Shown one piece after another: positions 9,890 through 20,040 of a stretch of DNA of 64,000 nt. Source of the stretch: Phycisphaeraceae bacterium. Its GTDB lineage: Bacteria; Planctomycetota; Phycisphaerae; Phycisphaerales; Phycisphaeraceae. The notes below the pieces were generated by a model. That model was not told where the DNA came from, ran no database searches, and was given only the letters and a program-made list of their open reading frames with translations. Position 1 is the first letter of the stretch. Every line of letters starts with the position of its first letter. The DNA lies in contig OY771506.1 in the NCBI GenBank assembly GCA_963674705.1, forward strand, positions 4,640,001-4,704,000, in the 5' to 3' direction. The translations under genes were made by a program, and so were the position numbers.

Positions 9890-9968
9890 GATGCTTCTCC
9901 AAGCAGACAGATAGTTCGACTTGCTCCAGCTCATTGAGCTGTTCATGTGGCGGCCAAGTGCTCGCCTT

Positions 9969-10002
9969 TAAACCGGCTGTACGCTGTCAGGCGTACGGCC
10001 GG
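9969..10002 (-). terminator. Intergenic hairpin, possibly a weak terminator or RNA processing site
   Basis: 12-bp stem (9973-9984 with 9991-10002, one mismatch), 6-nt loop, followed by TTT on the minus strand. Confidence 0.45.
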
Positions 10003-10097
10003 GTGGGAAGGTTAAAAGTGTTACGAGATTCATTCATGTCTTATCAGAAGCCTGGCCGTTACCTCAGGCAGTGATAGACCTGTTTACCTTTTCCATA

Positions 10098-11114
10098 TCA
10101 GGCCATGCGACGACGAAGCAGCGCCACGGCGCCGGTCGTCAACAGAGCCAGACTTGCCGGTTCGGGGATGGAAGGTGCACCACCGGCGGTGGGCGGCGTA
10201 CCGTTGTTCCATGTGTTCAGGACGATATCCAAGTCATCGAGGCCGACGAAGCCGTCGTTATTGATGTCGCCGGAGAGGTCGACCAGCGAGGCGGACTCAG
10301 CAACCCAGATGGCGTCGAGTTCGGCTTCGGTCAGCTGATGGTCATAGATACGCAGCGTGTCGATTGCACCATGCCAGAAGTCCTGGATGACGCCGCGGTT
10401 GTCACGGGCGCCCAGCGCCATGTTGTATTGCCATGCGGCCTGCGGGTCGGTGCTATCCAATTGTTGCCAGTCGGCACCGTACGACGCCGCGACATCACCG
10501 TCCATGTAGACGAACGAATTATTCGGCGCCATCCAACCCACGCCGTCGACATCAACATCCCAGGACCAGGCGATCAGGTGCCAGGCATTGTTGACCATGT
10601 TGATGCCTAAGCCGTCTGTTTCCTTGATATGCCAGAAGTCGCCGCCTTCGGAGCGGGGATAGATATCCAGCGAGCCGTTGATGTTGCCAGCGGTAAAGTT
10701 TGTGGTCGAGCCATCGTTTTGTGTACCCATGAGGTACTGCGTGCCTGCGTAATCGGTCCGTACCCATGCGACGATGGTGCCGGCGACAACACCCTTATTC
10801 GAAGCGTAGAACGGCCGACCGGTCAGGCCCATGTCGATCCAGTCATCGACACCGTCAAGCAGCAGAGCGCCACCGGCCGATTGGTCATAACCCGTGGTGT
10901 AGGTGGCGGTACCAGCGGTTGAACCGTTATACGAAGTACCTTCCATGTACACACCATCCGGTGTGGGGTTGCCCAGCAGATCGACGAATCCTGATGAATC
11001 GTTGAGGTTGCCATCGAAGTTGTACTGGGCGACAAGCGCGCCGGACGCCATCGAGACGGAAAAACCGAGCGTTGCAAGCGTGGCACAAGAAGCGAGTAAA
11101 CGAGTGCGAAGCAT
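10098..11114 (-). CDS. LamG/ConA-like jelly-roll protein with one dockerin-like repeat and PEP-CTERM
   Basis: LVAQYNFDGNLNDSSG, ALLLDGVDDWI, WHLIAW, GAIDTLRIYD; GDINNDGFVGLDDLDIVL; IPEP-TM-RRR; GGAGG RBS. Confidence 0.85.
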   Translation of the reverse strand: MLRTRLLASCATLATLGFSVSMASGALVAQYNFDGNLNDSSGFVDLLGNPTPDGVYMEGTSYNGSTAGTATYTTGYDQSAGGALLLDGVDDWIDMGLTGRPFYASNKGVVAGTIVAWVRTDYAGTQYLMGTQNDGSTTNFTAGNINGSLDIYPRSEGGDFWHIKETDGLGINMVNNAWHLIAWSWDVDVDGVGWMAPNNSFVYMDGDVAASYGADWQQLDSTDPQAAWQYNMALGARDNRGVIQDFWHGAIDTLRIYDHQLTEAELDAIWVAESASLVDLSGDINNDGFVGLDDLDIVLNTWNNGTPPTAGGAPSIPEPASLALLTTGAVALLRRRMA

Positions 11115-11239
11115 GATTTCAATCCTCCAATTAGAAAGTGATTTGCGATGCATGAAGTTTGAGAAACTAGAAAACATTTGGCAGCAACATAAATGTGTGG
11201 TCCACCATCACCCTCGCGGTGAACACTTTGTCCTCCTAT

Positions 11240-12289
11240 TTAATCGATACGTTGGCCATTAGGTAATATCCGAAGTGGATGCTCACGGGGTACGCCCGTC
11301 GTCTGGTTGATTTCCAGGAACGCTGAAATGGATTTGTGCATCGTGCCTTTTTCGAGTCCGGCGATGCGTCGGCATAGCCAACGGGCTGCCTCCTCGCCTA
11401 GTTCTTCCGCGCTCTGGCAGACCGCCGTCATTCGCGGATAAATGAACTTGCGGCTGGACGCGTCATCGAATCCGATCAGGGAAAGATCGTCCGGCACCTT
11501 CAATCCGATTTCCGCTGCGCGGCACATCGCACCGATCGATGTAGCCGGATCGGTCAGATATACCGCGGTGGGAGACTCGGGCAGGCTCATGAGCTGGTTG
11601 ATGGCGTTCATGCCGCCGCTGAGATTGGGGACGATGTGGATCACCAGGGCCGGATCGACTTCGATGCCGTTTTTTTGTAACGAACGCTCGTAACCCATCT
11701 GGCGGTCAAGGTGGTCGTTGTCACCCCGGCGGTCAATCACCAGCGCGATACGACGATGCCCCAGATAGATCAGGTGGTCGATCGCCCGCTCGGATTCGGG
11801 CCCGGAATCACAGCAAAGGTAATTGACCTGTTCGGACTCAAACCGCTCCGCCACAACCAAGGAGGGGAAACCCTCTTTGGCGATGGCCTCACACACCTGG
11901 CGGGATTTGGTACCCGCGCGAAGAATAACACCCTGAAAACCGTGTCTCTGGAAAAACTGGGTGTAGCTTTCGCCTTCCAGCATCTGCTGCTGAAGTGAGA
12001 CCAGCGAGGGATGGAACTTGCTGTCATGCAGCCCGAGTTGGATGCCATGCAGTAGATACTGATCGTAATCACACAACTGAGACGACTCATCCACGTGAAC
12101 CAGGCCGATACTTCCCGCCATCGGTATATTTTGTTGAGTTTTCCGTGTGTTGCCATATCCGGCGATATTCGCGGCCTTCATCACCAGTTCCCTGGTTTTC
12201 GGGCTGACATCCGGATGGCTGTTCAATGCGCGAGATGCTGTCGTCACTGAGACGCCCGCGGTTTTAGCTATTTCTCGAACTGATGCCAT
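11240..12289 (-). CDS. LacI family transcriptional regulator
   Basis: SVREIAKTAGVSVTTASRALN helix-turn-helix; GHRRIA, VPDDLSLIGFDD. Confidence 0.95.
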   Translation of the reverse strand: MASVREIAKTAGVSVTTASRALNSHPDVSPKTRELVMKAANIAGYGNTRKTQQNIPMAGSIGLVHVDESSQLCDYDQYLLHGIQLGLHDSKFHPSLVSLQQQMLEGESYTQFFQRHGFQGVILRAGTKSRQVCEAIAKEGFPSLVVAERFESEQVNYLCCDSGPESERAIDHLIYLGHRRIALVIDRRGDNDHLDRQMGYERSLQKNGIEVDPALVIHIVPNLSGGMNAINQLMSLPESPTAVYLTDPATSIGAMCRAAEIGLKVPDDLSLIGFDDASSRKFIYPRMTAVCQSAEELGEEAARWLCRRIAGLEKGTMHKSISAFLEINQTTGVPREHPLRILPNGQRID

Positions 12290-12304
12290 AGTGAACTCCC
12301 GGTT

Positions 12305-12626
12305 TTGTACCGGTTTAATACCGGTAATGAATGTACCCGTCGTCTAGTAAAATGTCAACACAAAAATGACTCCCAATGCCCGGTCACATCGGATACCAGG
12401 CCACCCAAAGTGAACTTAAATCCTTTTGGTGGCGATAATAACGCCATAAATACATCATCCTGCCAAACAGCGGAAATTTGCTCTAAACGCCCCATATTAC
12501 GGCCGGCCCCAGCTTAAACCCCACAAAATGACATGCGTACCGAATTATTACCGGTAACATTTCCAACCAATGTTCATTTGTGTATCATCATCCTCATCCC
12601 GGTCTAAGAGTTGAAAAACCGGTTTC
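12305..12626. promoter_or_regulatory. Four ACCGGT-centred palindromes, candidate LacI operators
   Basis: GTACCGGTTT 12307-12316, TACCGGTA 12319-12326, TTACCGGTAA 12548-12557, AAACCGGTTT 12616-12625, all in the divergent intergenic region. Confidence 0.6.
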
Positions 12627-12730
12627 GGGCTTCTTTCCGCCCATCGCAGGTTGACATAGATGCAAACGTACCGATCCAACACGTCAGTAACACACAAGCT
12701 TTAATCAAATAGAAACTAGTGGAGCAGGTC

Positions 12731-14059
12731 ATGAAACTCTCTGTCTTACTCACGTACACGATCCTGTTTGGCAGCCTTCTGGCCCAGATATGTGTACATG
12801 CAGCCACGGAACCCACGAACTCGGTGTCCTCACCAAGTCAGGTGGAAGTTCGCAAGACCACCAGTCAAGAGGATGGAAGTGTCAGCTACGAGTTATATGT
12901 AAACGGCGAGCCTTACTACATCAAAGGGGTGGGCGCCAAGTACAAACTGGAAGAGGTCGCCGAGGCCGGCGCCAACTCGATCCGCACGTGGGACGCCAAG
13001 GACATCGGGCCGCTGCTTGATCGGGCGCACGAACTGGGTATCACCGTCATCGTCGGATTCTGGTTGCCTCACCCCGGTGACGGCGGGTTCAGCTACGACG
13101 ATCAGGAAGCGCTTGACAAGGAAACCGAAGAGAACCTGGCGTTTGTCAAACAATACAAGGACCACCCCGCCGTGTTGATGTGGGCGCTGGGCAACGAGAT
13201 GGAAGGTAACGGCGGCAAGGACATCAACGTCTTCAAATACATCAACGAGCTTTCCAAAAAGGTCAAGGAACTCGACCCCAACCACCCCACCATGACCGTC
13301 ACCGCGGGTATCAGCATGTACCGCGTGATCAACCTTATGAAGTATTGTCCGGACGTCGATGTGTACGGACCGAACGTCTACGGTGAAGACCTGCGTTCCG
13401 CGATCGAGAAGCTTCGGACCTACGGCATGACCAAGCCGTTCATCATTCCCGAGTTCGGCCCGCCGGGGCAGTGGGAAAACAAGACGCCGTGGGGTGCGCC
13501 GATCGAGATGAACAGCACCGAAAAGGCGCGCTGCTACATCCGGCACTACTTCGATCCGATCCAGGCGGAGAAGGGCTGGTGCATTGGTTCATACGCGTTC
13601 TACTGGCGTTACGACCCGGAAGAGCGTCAGTGGCCTAGCTGGTATTCCATGGTCGATCCGCACGGCCAGCGTTACGGCGGCGCGGACGCCATGACGTATG
13701 CGTGGACGGGCAAGTGGCCGGACAACCATGCGCCGGAAATTGTGATGCTGCGATCGAAGGCCGACCAACAGATCGTCGCGCCGGGTGAGAAGTTCGATGT
13801 CAAACTGGTGGTCAGCGATCCGGATAACGATCCGATCGAGATCAAATGGATTCTGGGATTGGATCATGAAATCAGCGGTATGCGTTCTCACTTGGATGAG
13901 AAAATCCCAGAATCCGAATTCATTGCGGAAGGCTCTGGCAAACAGATCGTTGTGCGCGCCCCTGAAAAGGAAGGCCCCTACCGGTTGAATGTTTTTGTGT
14001 ATGACGATCACAACCGGGCCGCCAGGGCGAGCATGCCGTTTTACGTTCATGGCGAATGA
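12731..14059 (+). CDS. Secreted clan-A TIM-barrel glycoside hydrolase (GH2-like; possibly GH157/GH158 beta-glucanase)
   Basis: NGEPYYIKG, GANSIRTW, HPAVLMWALGNE, PEFGPPG; C-terminal Ig-like domain; GGAG RBS. Confidence 0.8.
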   Translation: MKLSVLLTYTILFGSLLAQICVHAATEPTNSVSSPSQVEVRKTTSQEDGSVSYELYVNGEPYYIKGVGAKYKLEEVAEAGANSIRTWDAKDIGPLLDRAHELGITVIVGFWLPHPGDGGFSYDDQEALDKETEENLAFVKQYKDHPAVLMWALGNEMEGNGGKDINVFKYINELSKKVKELDPNHPTMTVTAGISMYRVINLMKYCPDVDVYGPNVYGEDLRSAIEKLRTYGMTKPFIIPEFGPPGQWENKTPWGAPIEMNSTEKARCYIRHYFDPIQAEKGWCIGSYAFYWRYDPEERQWPSWYSMVDPHGQRYGGADAMTYAWTGKWPDNHAPEIVMLRSKADQQIVAPGEKFDVKLVVSDPDNDPIEIKWILGLDHEISGMRSHLDEKIPESEFIAEGSGKQIVVRAPEKEGPYRLNVFVYDDHNRAARASMPFYVHGE

Positions 14060-14147
14060 TACGCTAAAAGCGGTTGAAGCTAACTATGTGTTCGGCCGTG
14101 AAAGCGAGATCTGTCGCGTTGCGTATCTACTATCACATTACTCGTGA

Positions 14148-17100
14148 TTGTTTGTTATGAACCGTACGATCAAGACATTTCGGAGTCCGATCGGCTGGCT
14201 GGTGCTTGTCATCACAGGCTTCGGCTTGGTTGTGTGGCTGATGGGATGGATAAGTCGGCCCGAGCTACATGAAAGCCAAATCCAATACACTCAACAAGAA
14301 ATCGATGAGGCGGCCGAAGCACGGGATGTGACGTTTGATCCGGACCCAGCGAAGTTGCCTGTGCTTCATCGGGACATTGTTGTTACACCCAAGGGCGAGT
14401 CACCGATCCTGCGTGCGATGGTGGAAGCCGGCGAGTTACCACCTCTGGAAGAGCGGCTGCCCGATGAGCCGGTCGTATTGGATTGTGTCGACGGCATCGG
14501 GCAGTACGGTGGAACGTGGCTGCGGCTTGCGACCGCGATGAGCGATCTTGATGTGATCACCTATCGTCTGAGCGGCGCTTTTCTAGTGCGATGGTCATCT
14601 CTGGGTTATCCCATCATGCCCCACCTTGCCAAAAGCATTATCCCTAACGAGGATAAAACCGAATGGGTGGTCACGCTCCGCAAAGGTCTGCGCTGGTCAG
14701 ATGGAGAACCGTTCACCGCGGACGACATCATGTACTGGTGGGAAGAAGAAGCGAAAAATGCATTCGTAAGCAGCCAGCCACCGCAGTGGATGCGTCAGGG
14801 CGACAAGAGCGGGCGGGTCGAGAAGATCGATACGTATCGTTTGCGGTTTGTTTTTCCTGAGCCGAACGGCATCTTTCTGGAAAGCCTTACGCAAGCATGG
14901 CGGGGGCCGACCGAGACTCCGAGGCATTATCTGGCTAAATATCATCCCGACCCGACAGTTGGCGACCAGGCATTTATCGATCAGCAGGTGCAAGCCTACG
15001 GCCTTCCCAGTGCCAGGGCGTTGTACTTTTTTATGAAAGACTATCGTAACCCGGAACACCCGAGACTCTGGCCATGGATTTATCGTAAATACCGTGCGAA
15101 TCCGCCGCAGGTGTTTGTAAGGAATCCGTATTACTACGTGGTCGATGTCGAGGGAAACCAACTACCTTATATCGATCGGCTTCAGTTTGATGTGATGGAT
15201 GAAAAGCTGCTGGGCATCCGTGCGGCGGGGGGCGGCGTGTCGATGCAGACGCGCCATATCAAGTATCGTGATTACACCGAATACATGAGCCGACGTGAAA
15301 CCAGTGGCACGCGGATACTACATTGGTACCCGGCGACACGCTCTGACTTTGTGATTCATCCGAATCATACGCGTTATGTTGATCCGAATGACCCCGCTAC
15401 GGGCTGGAAGGCAAAGCTTCTTGCGGATGTGCGTTTCCGCAGGGCGCTATCGCTGGCGATCGACCGTAAAGCCATCATCAAAGCGGAATACAATAACATC
15501 GTTCAGCCGACACAGGTTGCGCCGGGGCCGCAATCCCCCTTCCACTACGAACCGCTGTCCAAAGCGTATACCGAGTTTGATCCGGATCGTGCGAATGCTT
15601 TACTGGATGAGCTTGGGCTTACGGAGCGAGATGCGGAAGGTTATCGCACATTCCCCGACGGATCGCGTATGGTGTTTTACTTCGATTTTTCGCCTTACAC
15701 AGGCGAGGGGCCGTTGCAGTTCATCGTGTCCGACTGGGGCGATGTCGGCATCCGGCTGATACCGAGAGCGCTAAGCCGAAGGCTATTCTATACACGCAAG
15801 GATGCGGCCAACTTCGACTTCAATGTCTGGTCCAGCGAAAGCGATTACATGCCATTGCTTTCGCCGCGTTATTTTGTGGCAGTCAATACGGAGTGTTTCT
15901 ATGCGGTGAACTGGGGCCGATGGTTCAGCCTCGGTGGGTACTACGGCGACGAGGCGGCGAACATCCGCGGCGCATCCCAACCGCCACCGGGCCATCCGAT
16001 GAATCAGGCCTATGCAGCGTTCGAGTCATCGATACGCCAACCCACCATCGAGTTGCAGAAAAAGCACTTCAACGAGGCGATGGAGATCGCAGCACAGCAA
16101 CTCTGGGCGATCGGCCTGGCAGACGCTCCGCCGCAGATCGTCGTCACAGACAATCATATGCACAACATCCCGGATATAGCGCTATTCGGCGTTATCTTCG
16201 CGACACCCGCCAACGCAGGTATCGAAACCTATTACTTTGATAACGCGGAATCCACCCAGGCTGTTACGCAAGAGGTCAGGGATTCGCTGCTACACCCGCA
16301 GTTACGGCCGCATGCAGACATTACCCCGCAAGTAGACGCTCCTGACACAGGCTATCCATGGCTAAGACTGCTGATTCGTGTCACGATCACGGCAACCATC
16401 TTGCTGGTCATCTTGCTTGTCGCGCTGCGCCATCCATACATCGGCAAGCGCTTGTTGATCATGGTCCCGACGCTATTCGTGATATCGATTGCGGTGTTTA
16501 CGATTATCCAGTTGCCTGAGGGTGACTACCTGACGATGCGGCTGATCCAGTTACAGGAGTCGGGCGACAGCCAGGCGGAAAAAGAAATCGAAGACCTGCG
16601 TACACTGTTCCATTTTGATGAACCAAACTGGAAAAAGTACATGCGGTGGATGGGAATCACGTGGTTCTACACGCTCGAGCCTTCGGATATGGGTTTGCTG
16701 CAAGGCGACATGGGCAGGTCCATGGAGACAACGGAGCGCGTGAACACGCTTGTCGGCGACAGGATACTGCTGACCTTCCTGATCTCACTGGGTACGATCC
16801 TGATGACGTGGCTGATTGCGATACCGATCGGGATCTATTCCGCGGTCAGGCAGTATTCATATTCAGATTACGCGTTGACGCTGATCGGCTTTGTGGGGAT
16901 GAGTGTGCCGGGATTCCTGCTTGCGCTTGTGTTGATGGCCAAGGCGGATGTGTCGGGCCTGTTCTCACCGGAATACGCGGTGCAACCGCAATGGTCTTTA
17001 GGCAAGTGCATAGATCTATTGGGGCATATCTGGATCCCGATTGTTGTGCTGGGCGTGGGTGGGACGACGGGCATGATCCGCATCATGCGGGCGAATCTGT

Positions 17101-17444
17101 TAGATGAATTGCATAAGCCATATGTCGTAACCGCAAGGGCGAAAGGCGTTCGACCGTTGAAGCTCTTATTGAAGTATCCGGTGCGGTTGGCACTGAATCC
17201 GTTTATCTCGGGCATCGGCCATCTGTTCCCACAACTGGTTTCCGGCGGCGCGATTGTTGCGATGGTTCTGGCGCTGCCAACGGTTGGTCCCATGCTTTTG
17301 TCCGCACTATTCAGTGAAGACATGTACCTGGCCGGCTCAATGCTCATGGTGCTCAGCACGCTGGGCGTCATGGGCACACTTGTCAGCGACCTGCTGCTGC
17401 TTTGGCTCGACCCCCGTATCCGCTACGAAGGGGGAACGCGATGA
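14148..17444 (+). CDS. Fusion of Opp/Dpp family-5 solute-binding protein and DppB-type permease
   Basis: LPPLEERLP, LRKGLRWSDGEPFTADD, RNPYY, FRRALSLAIDR, then a TM helix, YIGKRLL, GDMGRS, and the EAA loop YVVTARAKG; continuous 1098-codon frame. Confidence 0.9.
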   Translation: MFVMNRTIKTFRSPIGWLVLVITGFGLVVWLMGWISRPELHESQIQYTQQEIDEAAEARDVTFDPDPAKLPVLHRDIVVTPKGESPILRAMVEAGELPPLEERLPDEPVVLDCVDGIGQYGGTWLRLATAMSDLDVITYRLSGAFLVRWSSLGYPIMPHLAKSIIPNEDKTEWVVTLRKGLRWSDGEPFTADDIMYWWEEEAKNAFVSSQPPQWMRQGDKSGRVEKIDTYRLRFVFPEPNGIFLESLTQAWRGPTETPRHYLAKYHPDPTVGDQAFIDQQVQAYGLPSARALYFFMKDYRNPEHPRLWPWIYRKYRANPPQVFVRNPYYYVVDVEGNQLPYIDRLQFDVMDEKLLGIRAAGGGVSMQTRHIKYRDYTEYMSRRETSGTRILHWYPATRSDFVIHPNHTRYVDPNDPATGWKAKLLADVRFRRALSLAIDRKAIIKAEYNNIVQPTQVAPGPQSPFHYEPLSKAYTEFDPDRANALLDELGLTERDAEGYRTFPDGSRMVFYFDFSPYTGEGPLQFIVSDWGDVGIRLIPRALSRRLFYTRKDAANFDFNVWSSESDYMPLLSPRYFVAVNTECFYAVNWGRWFSLGGYYGDEAANIRGASQPPPGHPMNQAYAAFESSIRQPTIELQKKHFNEAMEIAAQQLWAIGLADAPPQIVVTDNHMHNIPDIALFGVIFATPANAGIETYYFDNAESTQAVTQEVRDSLLHPQLRPHADITPQVDAPDTGYPWLRLLIRVTITATILLVILLVALRHPYIGKRLLIMVPTLFVISIAVFTIIQLPEGDYLTMRLIQLQESGDSQAEKEIEDLRTLFHFDEPNWKKYMRWMGITWFYTLEPSDMGLLQGDMGRSMETTERVNTLVGDRILLTFLISLGTILMTWLIAIPIGIYSAVRQYSYSDYALTLIGFVGMSVPGFLLALVLMAKADVSGLFSPEYAVQPQWSLGKCIDLLGHIWIPIVVLGVGGTTGMIRIMRANLLDELHKPYVVTARAKGVRPLKLLLKYPVRLALNPFISGIGHLFPQLVSGGAIVAMVLALPTVGPMLLSALFSEDMYLAGSMLMVLSTLGVMGTLVSDLLLLWLDPRIRYEGGTR

Positions 17445-18580
17445 ACAAAAACAGCAAGCCCAAACATCAAGCAGAAGTTGATGTCGGCGCACGCAGTCAG
17501 TGGCAGCTTATCCGCATCCGATTCGGCCAGCACCGGCTGGCGGTTCTATCCATGTATATCCTGATCGTGCTGTATCTGATCTCAATCGGCGCGGACTTTG
17601 TCAGCCCTTACCATCCAAGACGCGATGACCTGAACCACCCCTACTGTCCGCCACAGCTTGTTCGCTGGTCCTGGTCGCACGGCCTGCATACTCGTGCGCT
17701 GCAATTGGAAGTCGACCCGATCACATTCAGGCGGATGTATATCGAAGACCCGGAACATATCGTGGCGCTAGACTGGTTCGCGCAGACGGAGCCGTACAAG
17801 CTGGCGGGTCTATTGCCGTTAAAACATAAACTCATCGGTGTCGACCATAGCGATCCGGATAACGCAGCTTTACCTGAGCAGGCGACGCTATATCTGCTGG
17901 GAACCGATCGATATGGCCGTGATGTTTTCAGCAGGATTATCCATGGCTCACGTATCTCGCTATCCGTCGGTCTTGTCGGGATTACGTGCACGTTTATCTT
18001 GGGCATGATGGTCGGAGGCATCTCGGGTTATGTCGGGGGCAGAACGGATAACCTTATTCAGCGGGTGATCGAAATCATCAATGCGTTTCCACAGCTTCCG
18101 TTGTGGTTAGCGTTGGCGGCGGTGATGCCTGATGACTGGTCTGCGTTGAAGTCTTACTTTGCGATCACGGTGGTGCTCAGCCTGTTGAACTGGACGGGTC
18201 TTGCGCGCGTCGTGCGTGGCAAGATCTTATCGCTGCGTGAAGAAGACTATGCTGTGGCTGCGAAGTTACTCGGCGCAAGCCATGGACGAATCCTGTTCCG
18301 CCACCTGATCCCGGGATTTACCAGCCACATTATCGTGGCGCTCACGCTTAGTGTGCCGGGCATGATACTGGGTGAAACATCGCTGAGCTTCCTGGGCCTT
18401 GGGCTGCGTGCTCCAATCATCAGTTGGGGTGTGATGCTTCAGGATTGCCTGGATGTGCAAGCGGTGCGCTATTACCCATGGTTGCTGCTGCCCGTGGCTT
18501 TTATCATCGCAACCGTGTTGAGTTTCAACTTCCTCGGTGACGGCCTACGAGACGCGGCCGATCCATACAGCGTTAACTGA
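17441..18580 (+). CDS. Opp/Dpp ABC transporter permease (DppC-type)
   Basis: [45 protein letters not shown] overlap with the upstream stop. Confidence 0.92.
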   Translation: MNKNSKPKHQAEVDVGARSQWQLIRIRFGQHRLAVLSMYILIVLYLISIGADFVSPYHPRRDDLNHPYCPPQLVRWSWSHGLHTRALQLEVDPITFRRMYIEDPEHIVALDWFAQTEPYKLAGLLPLKHKLIGVDHSDPDNAALPEQATLYLLGTDRYGRDVFSRIIHGSRISLSVGLVGITCTFILGMMVGGISGYVGGRTDNLIQRVIEIINAFPQLPLWLALAAVMPDDWSALKSYFAITVVLSLLNWTGLARVVRGKILSLREEDYAVAAKLLGASHGRILFRHLIPGFTSHIIVALTLSVPGMILGETSLSFLGLGLRAPIISWGVMLQDCLDVQAVRYYPWLLLPVAFIIATVLSFNFLGDGLRDAADPYSVN

Positions 18581-18617
18581 ATCAGCCATAAGCAGAACTC
18601 GTATCATTGTGCATGAC

Positions 18618-19946
18618 TTAAGGATGCTCCGGCAGAGCAAGCAGGTCATCAATACGGACGGGTTGCCCGGTTTGCATCGATATGTTTGCTGCTGCGCCAA
18701 CCAATAAGGCCGCGGCGCCGTCCCAATGTGACGCATCACGACCGAGGGGGTCATGCGGGTATTGATCCTTGGGTGTAAATATCTGTTTGAGCACACCGGC
18801 ATCAGCGCCGCCGTGGCCTCCACTCACTTCAGGCACTTCGATATCCCTCGGTGGCTCGAACATCCGTTGTAATCGGACGTAAGATTCGCCCACGTATTGC
18901 TCCTTGTCGAGTTCGGCATCGCTTTGACCCCGGATGATGTGGCCCGTACCGCGCGAGAAGAGTTCGACCTGCCCTTCCGTGCCGTTGATGATGGCTCGTT
19001 CACCTTCCCAAGGGCAATAAGCTATTAAAGAATAGCTCAGGATCGCACCATTGCGATACCTGGCGAGCACGCCCATCGTATCTTCGATAGTGACGTGATC
19101 ACCGAAGACGTTGCGGTCGCGGATGTAGCCGGTCTCCTGCTCGGCATCGAGGTATAAGCCTTTGAGTTCCGTCCCGAAGAACGTACCGTCAAGCGTCAGC
19201 GCGAAGGGGTCGTCCTTGGCATTTTCGACGCCGGTGTATCGGTTGTAATCGTATGTCTTGCCGCGCTTTCGTGCATTCTCTCTGCCGTAGAACTTCAGGT
19301 CGCTATAGCTCATCACAGACTGGGGCCATGAATTGATCCAGAAGTTGACCAGATCGAAGTGATGGCTGGCCTTGTGTATCAGCAAGCCTCCGGACTTATC
19401 TTTCTCACTGTGCCAACGCCGGAAGTAGTCGGCCCCGTGGCTGGTATCCAGATACCATTGAAGATTAACCGAGGTCGGCCTGCCGATCGCTCCGGATTGA
19501 ATGACTTCACGCATAACTGAGGCGTCCGGGCGATACCGATAGTTAAATGTCACACAGAGGTCTCTGCCGGTTCTTTCGACGGTATCCACAATCCGCTGCG
19601 CCTTTACGGCATCAGTCGTCATGGGTTTTTCTGTTACTACATCGCATCCGTGCTCCATGGCCCGGACGATGTAATCATCATGCGTACAGTCCATGCTTGT
19701 AACGATGACGGTGTCGGGCCTGGTCTGTTCCAGCATCTGATCAAATGCGTCCGCGTGAAACATGGCGGCGTCTTTCAGGCCGTAGGCATTGGCCAGATAA
19801 TCCGTCCAATACTGCATACGGACGCGGCTGATATCACACATGCCAACAAACTGACTGTAGGCGGAAAATTCACCGAAGATCGCGTCCAGATACATCCGGC
19901 AGCGTGAACCCATCCCGACGACTGCATAACGTTTTCGCTCAGACAT
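18618..19946 (-). CDS. Gfo/Idh/MocA oxidoreductase (YteT-like)
   Basis: YAVVGMGSR, TEKPM, HGADYFRRWH, GGLLIHKASHHFD, GGHGGAD. Confidence 0.9.
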   Translation of the reverse strand: MSERKRYAVVGMGSRCRMYLDAIFGEFSAYSQFVGMCDISRVRMQYWTDYLANAYGLKDAAMFHADAFDQMLEQTRPDTVIVTSMDCTHDDYIVRAMEHGCDVVTEKPMTTDAVKAQRIVDTVERTGRDLCVTFNYRYRPDASVMREVIQSGAIGRPTSVNLQWYLDTSHGADYFRRWHSEKDKSGGLLIHKASHHFDLVNFWINSWPQSVMSYSDLKFYGRENARKRGKTYDYNRYTGVENAKDDPFALTLDGTFFGTELKGLYLDAEQETGYIRDRNVFGDHVTIEDTMGVLARYRNGAILSYSLIAYCPWEGERAIINGTEGQVELFSRGTGHIIRGQSDAELDKEQYVGESYVRLQRMFEPPRDIEVPEVSGGHGGADAGVLKQIFTPKDQYPHDPLGRDASHWDGAAALLVGAAANISMQTGQPVRIDDLLALPEHP

Positions 19947-20040
19947 ATAGAACTCCTTGCTGGTAATACGCTATTTATACCTTATAATTACGTCCGTTAG
20001 ATAGTAACGTATTTGACATTATCGCTCATTTATTTGGCTA

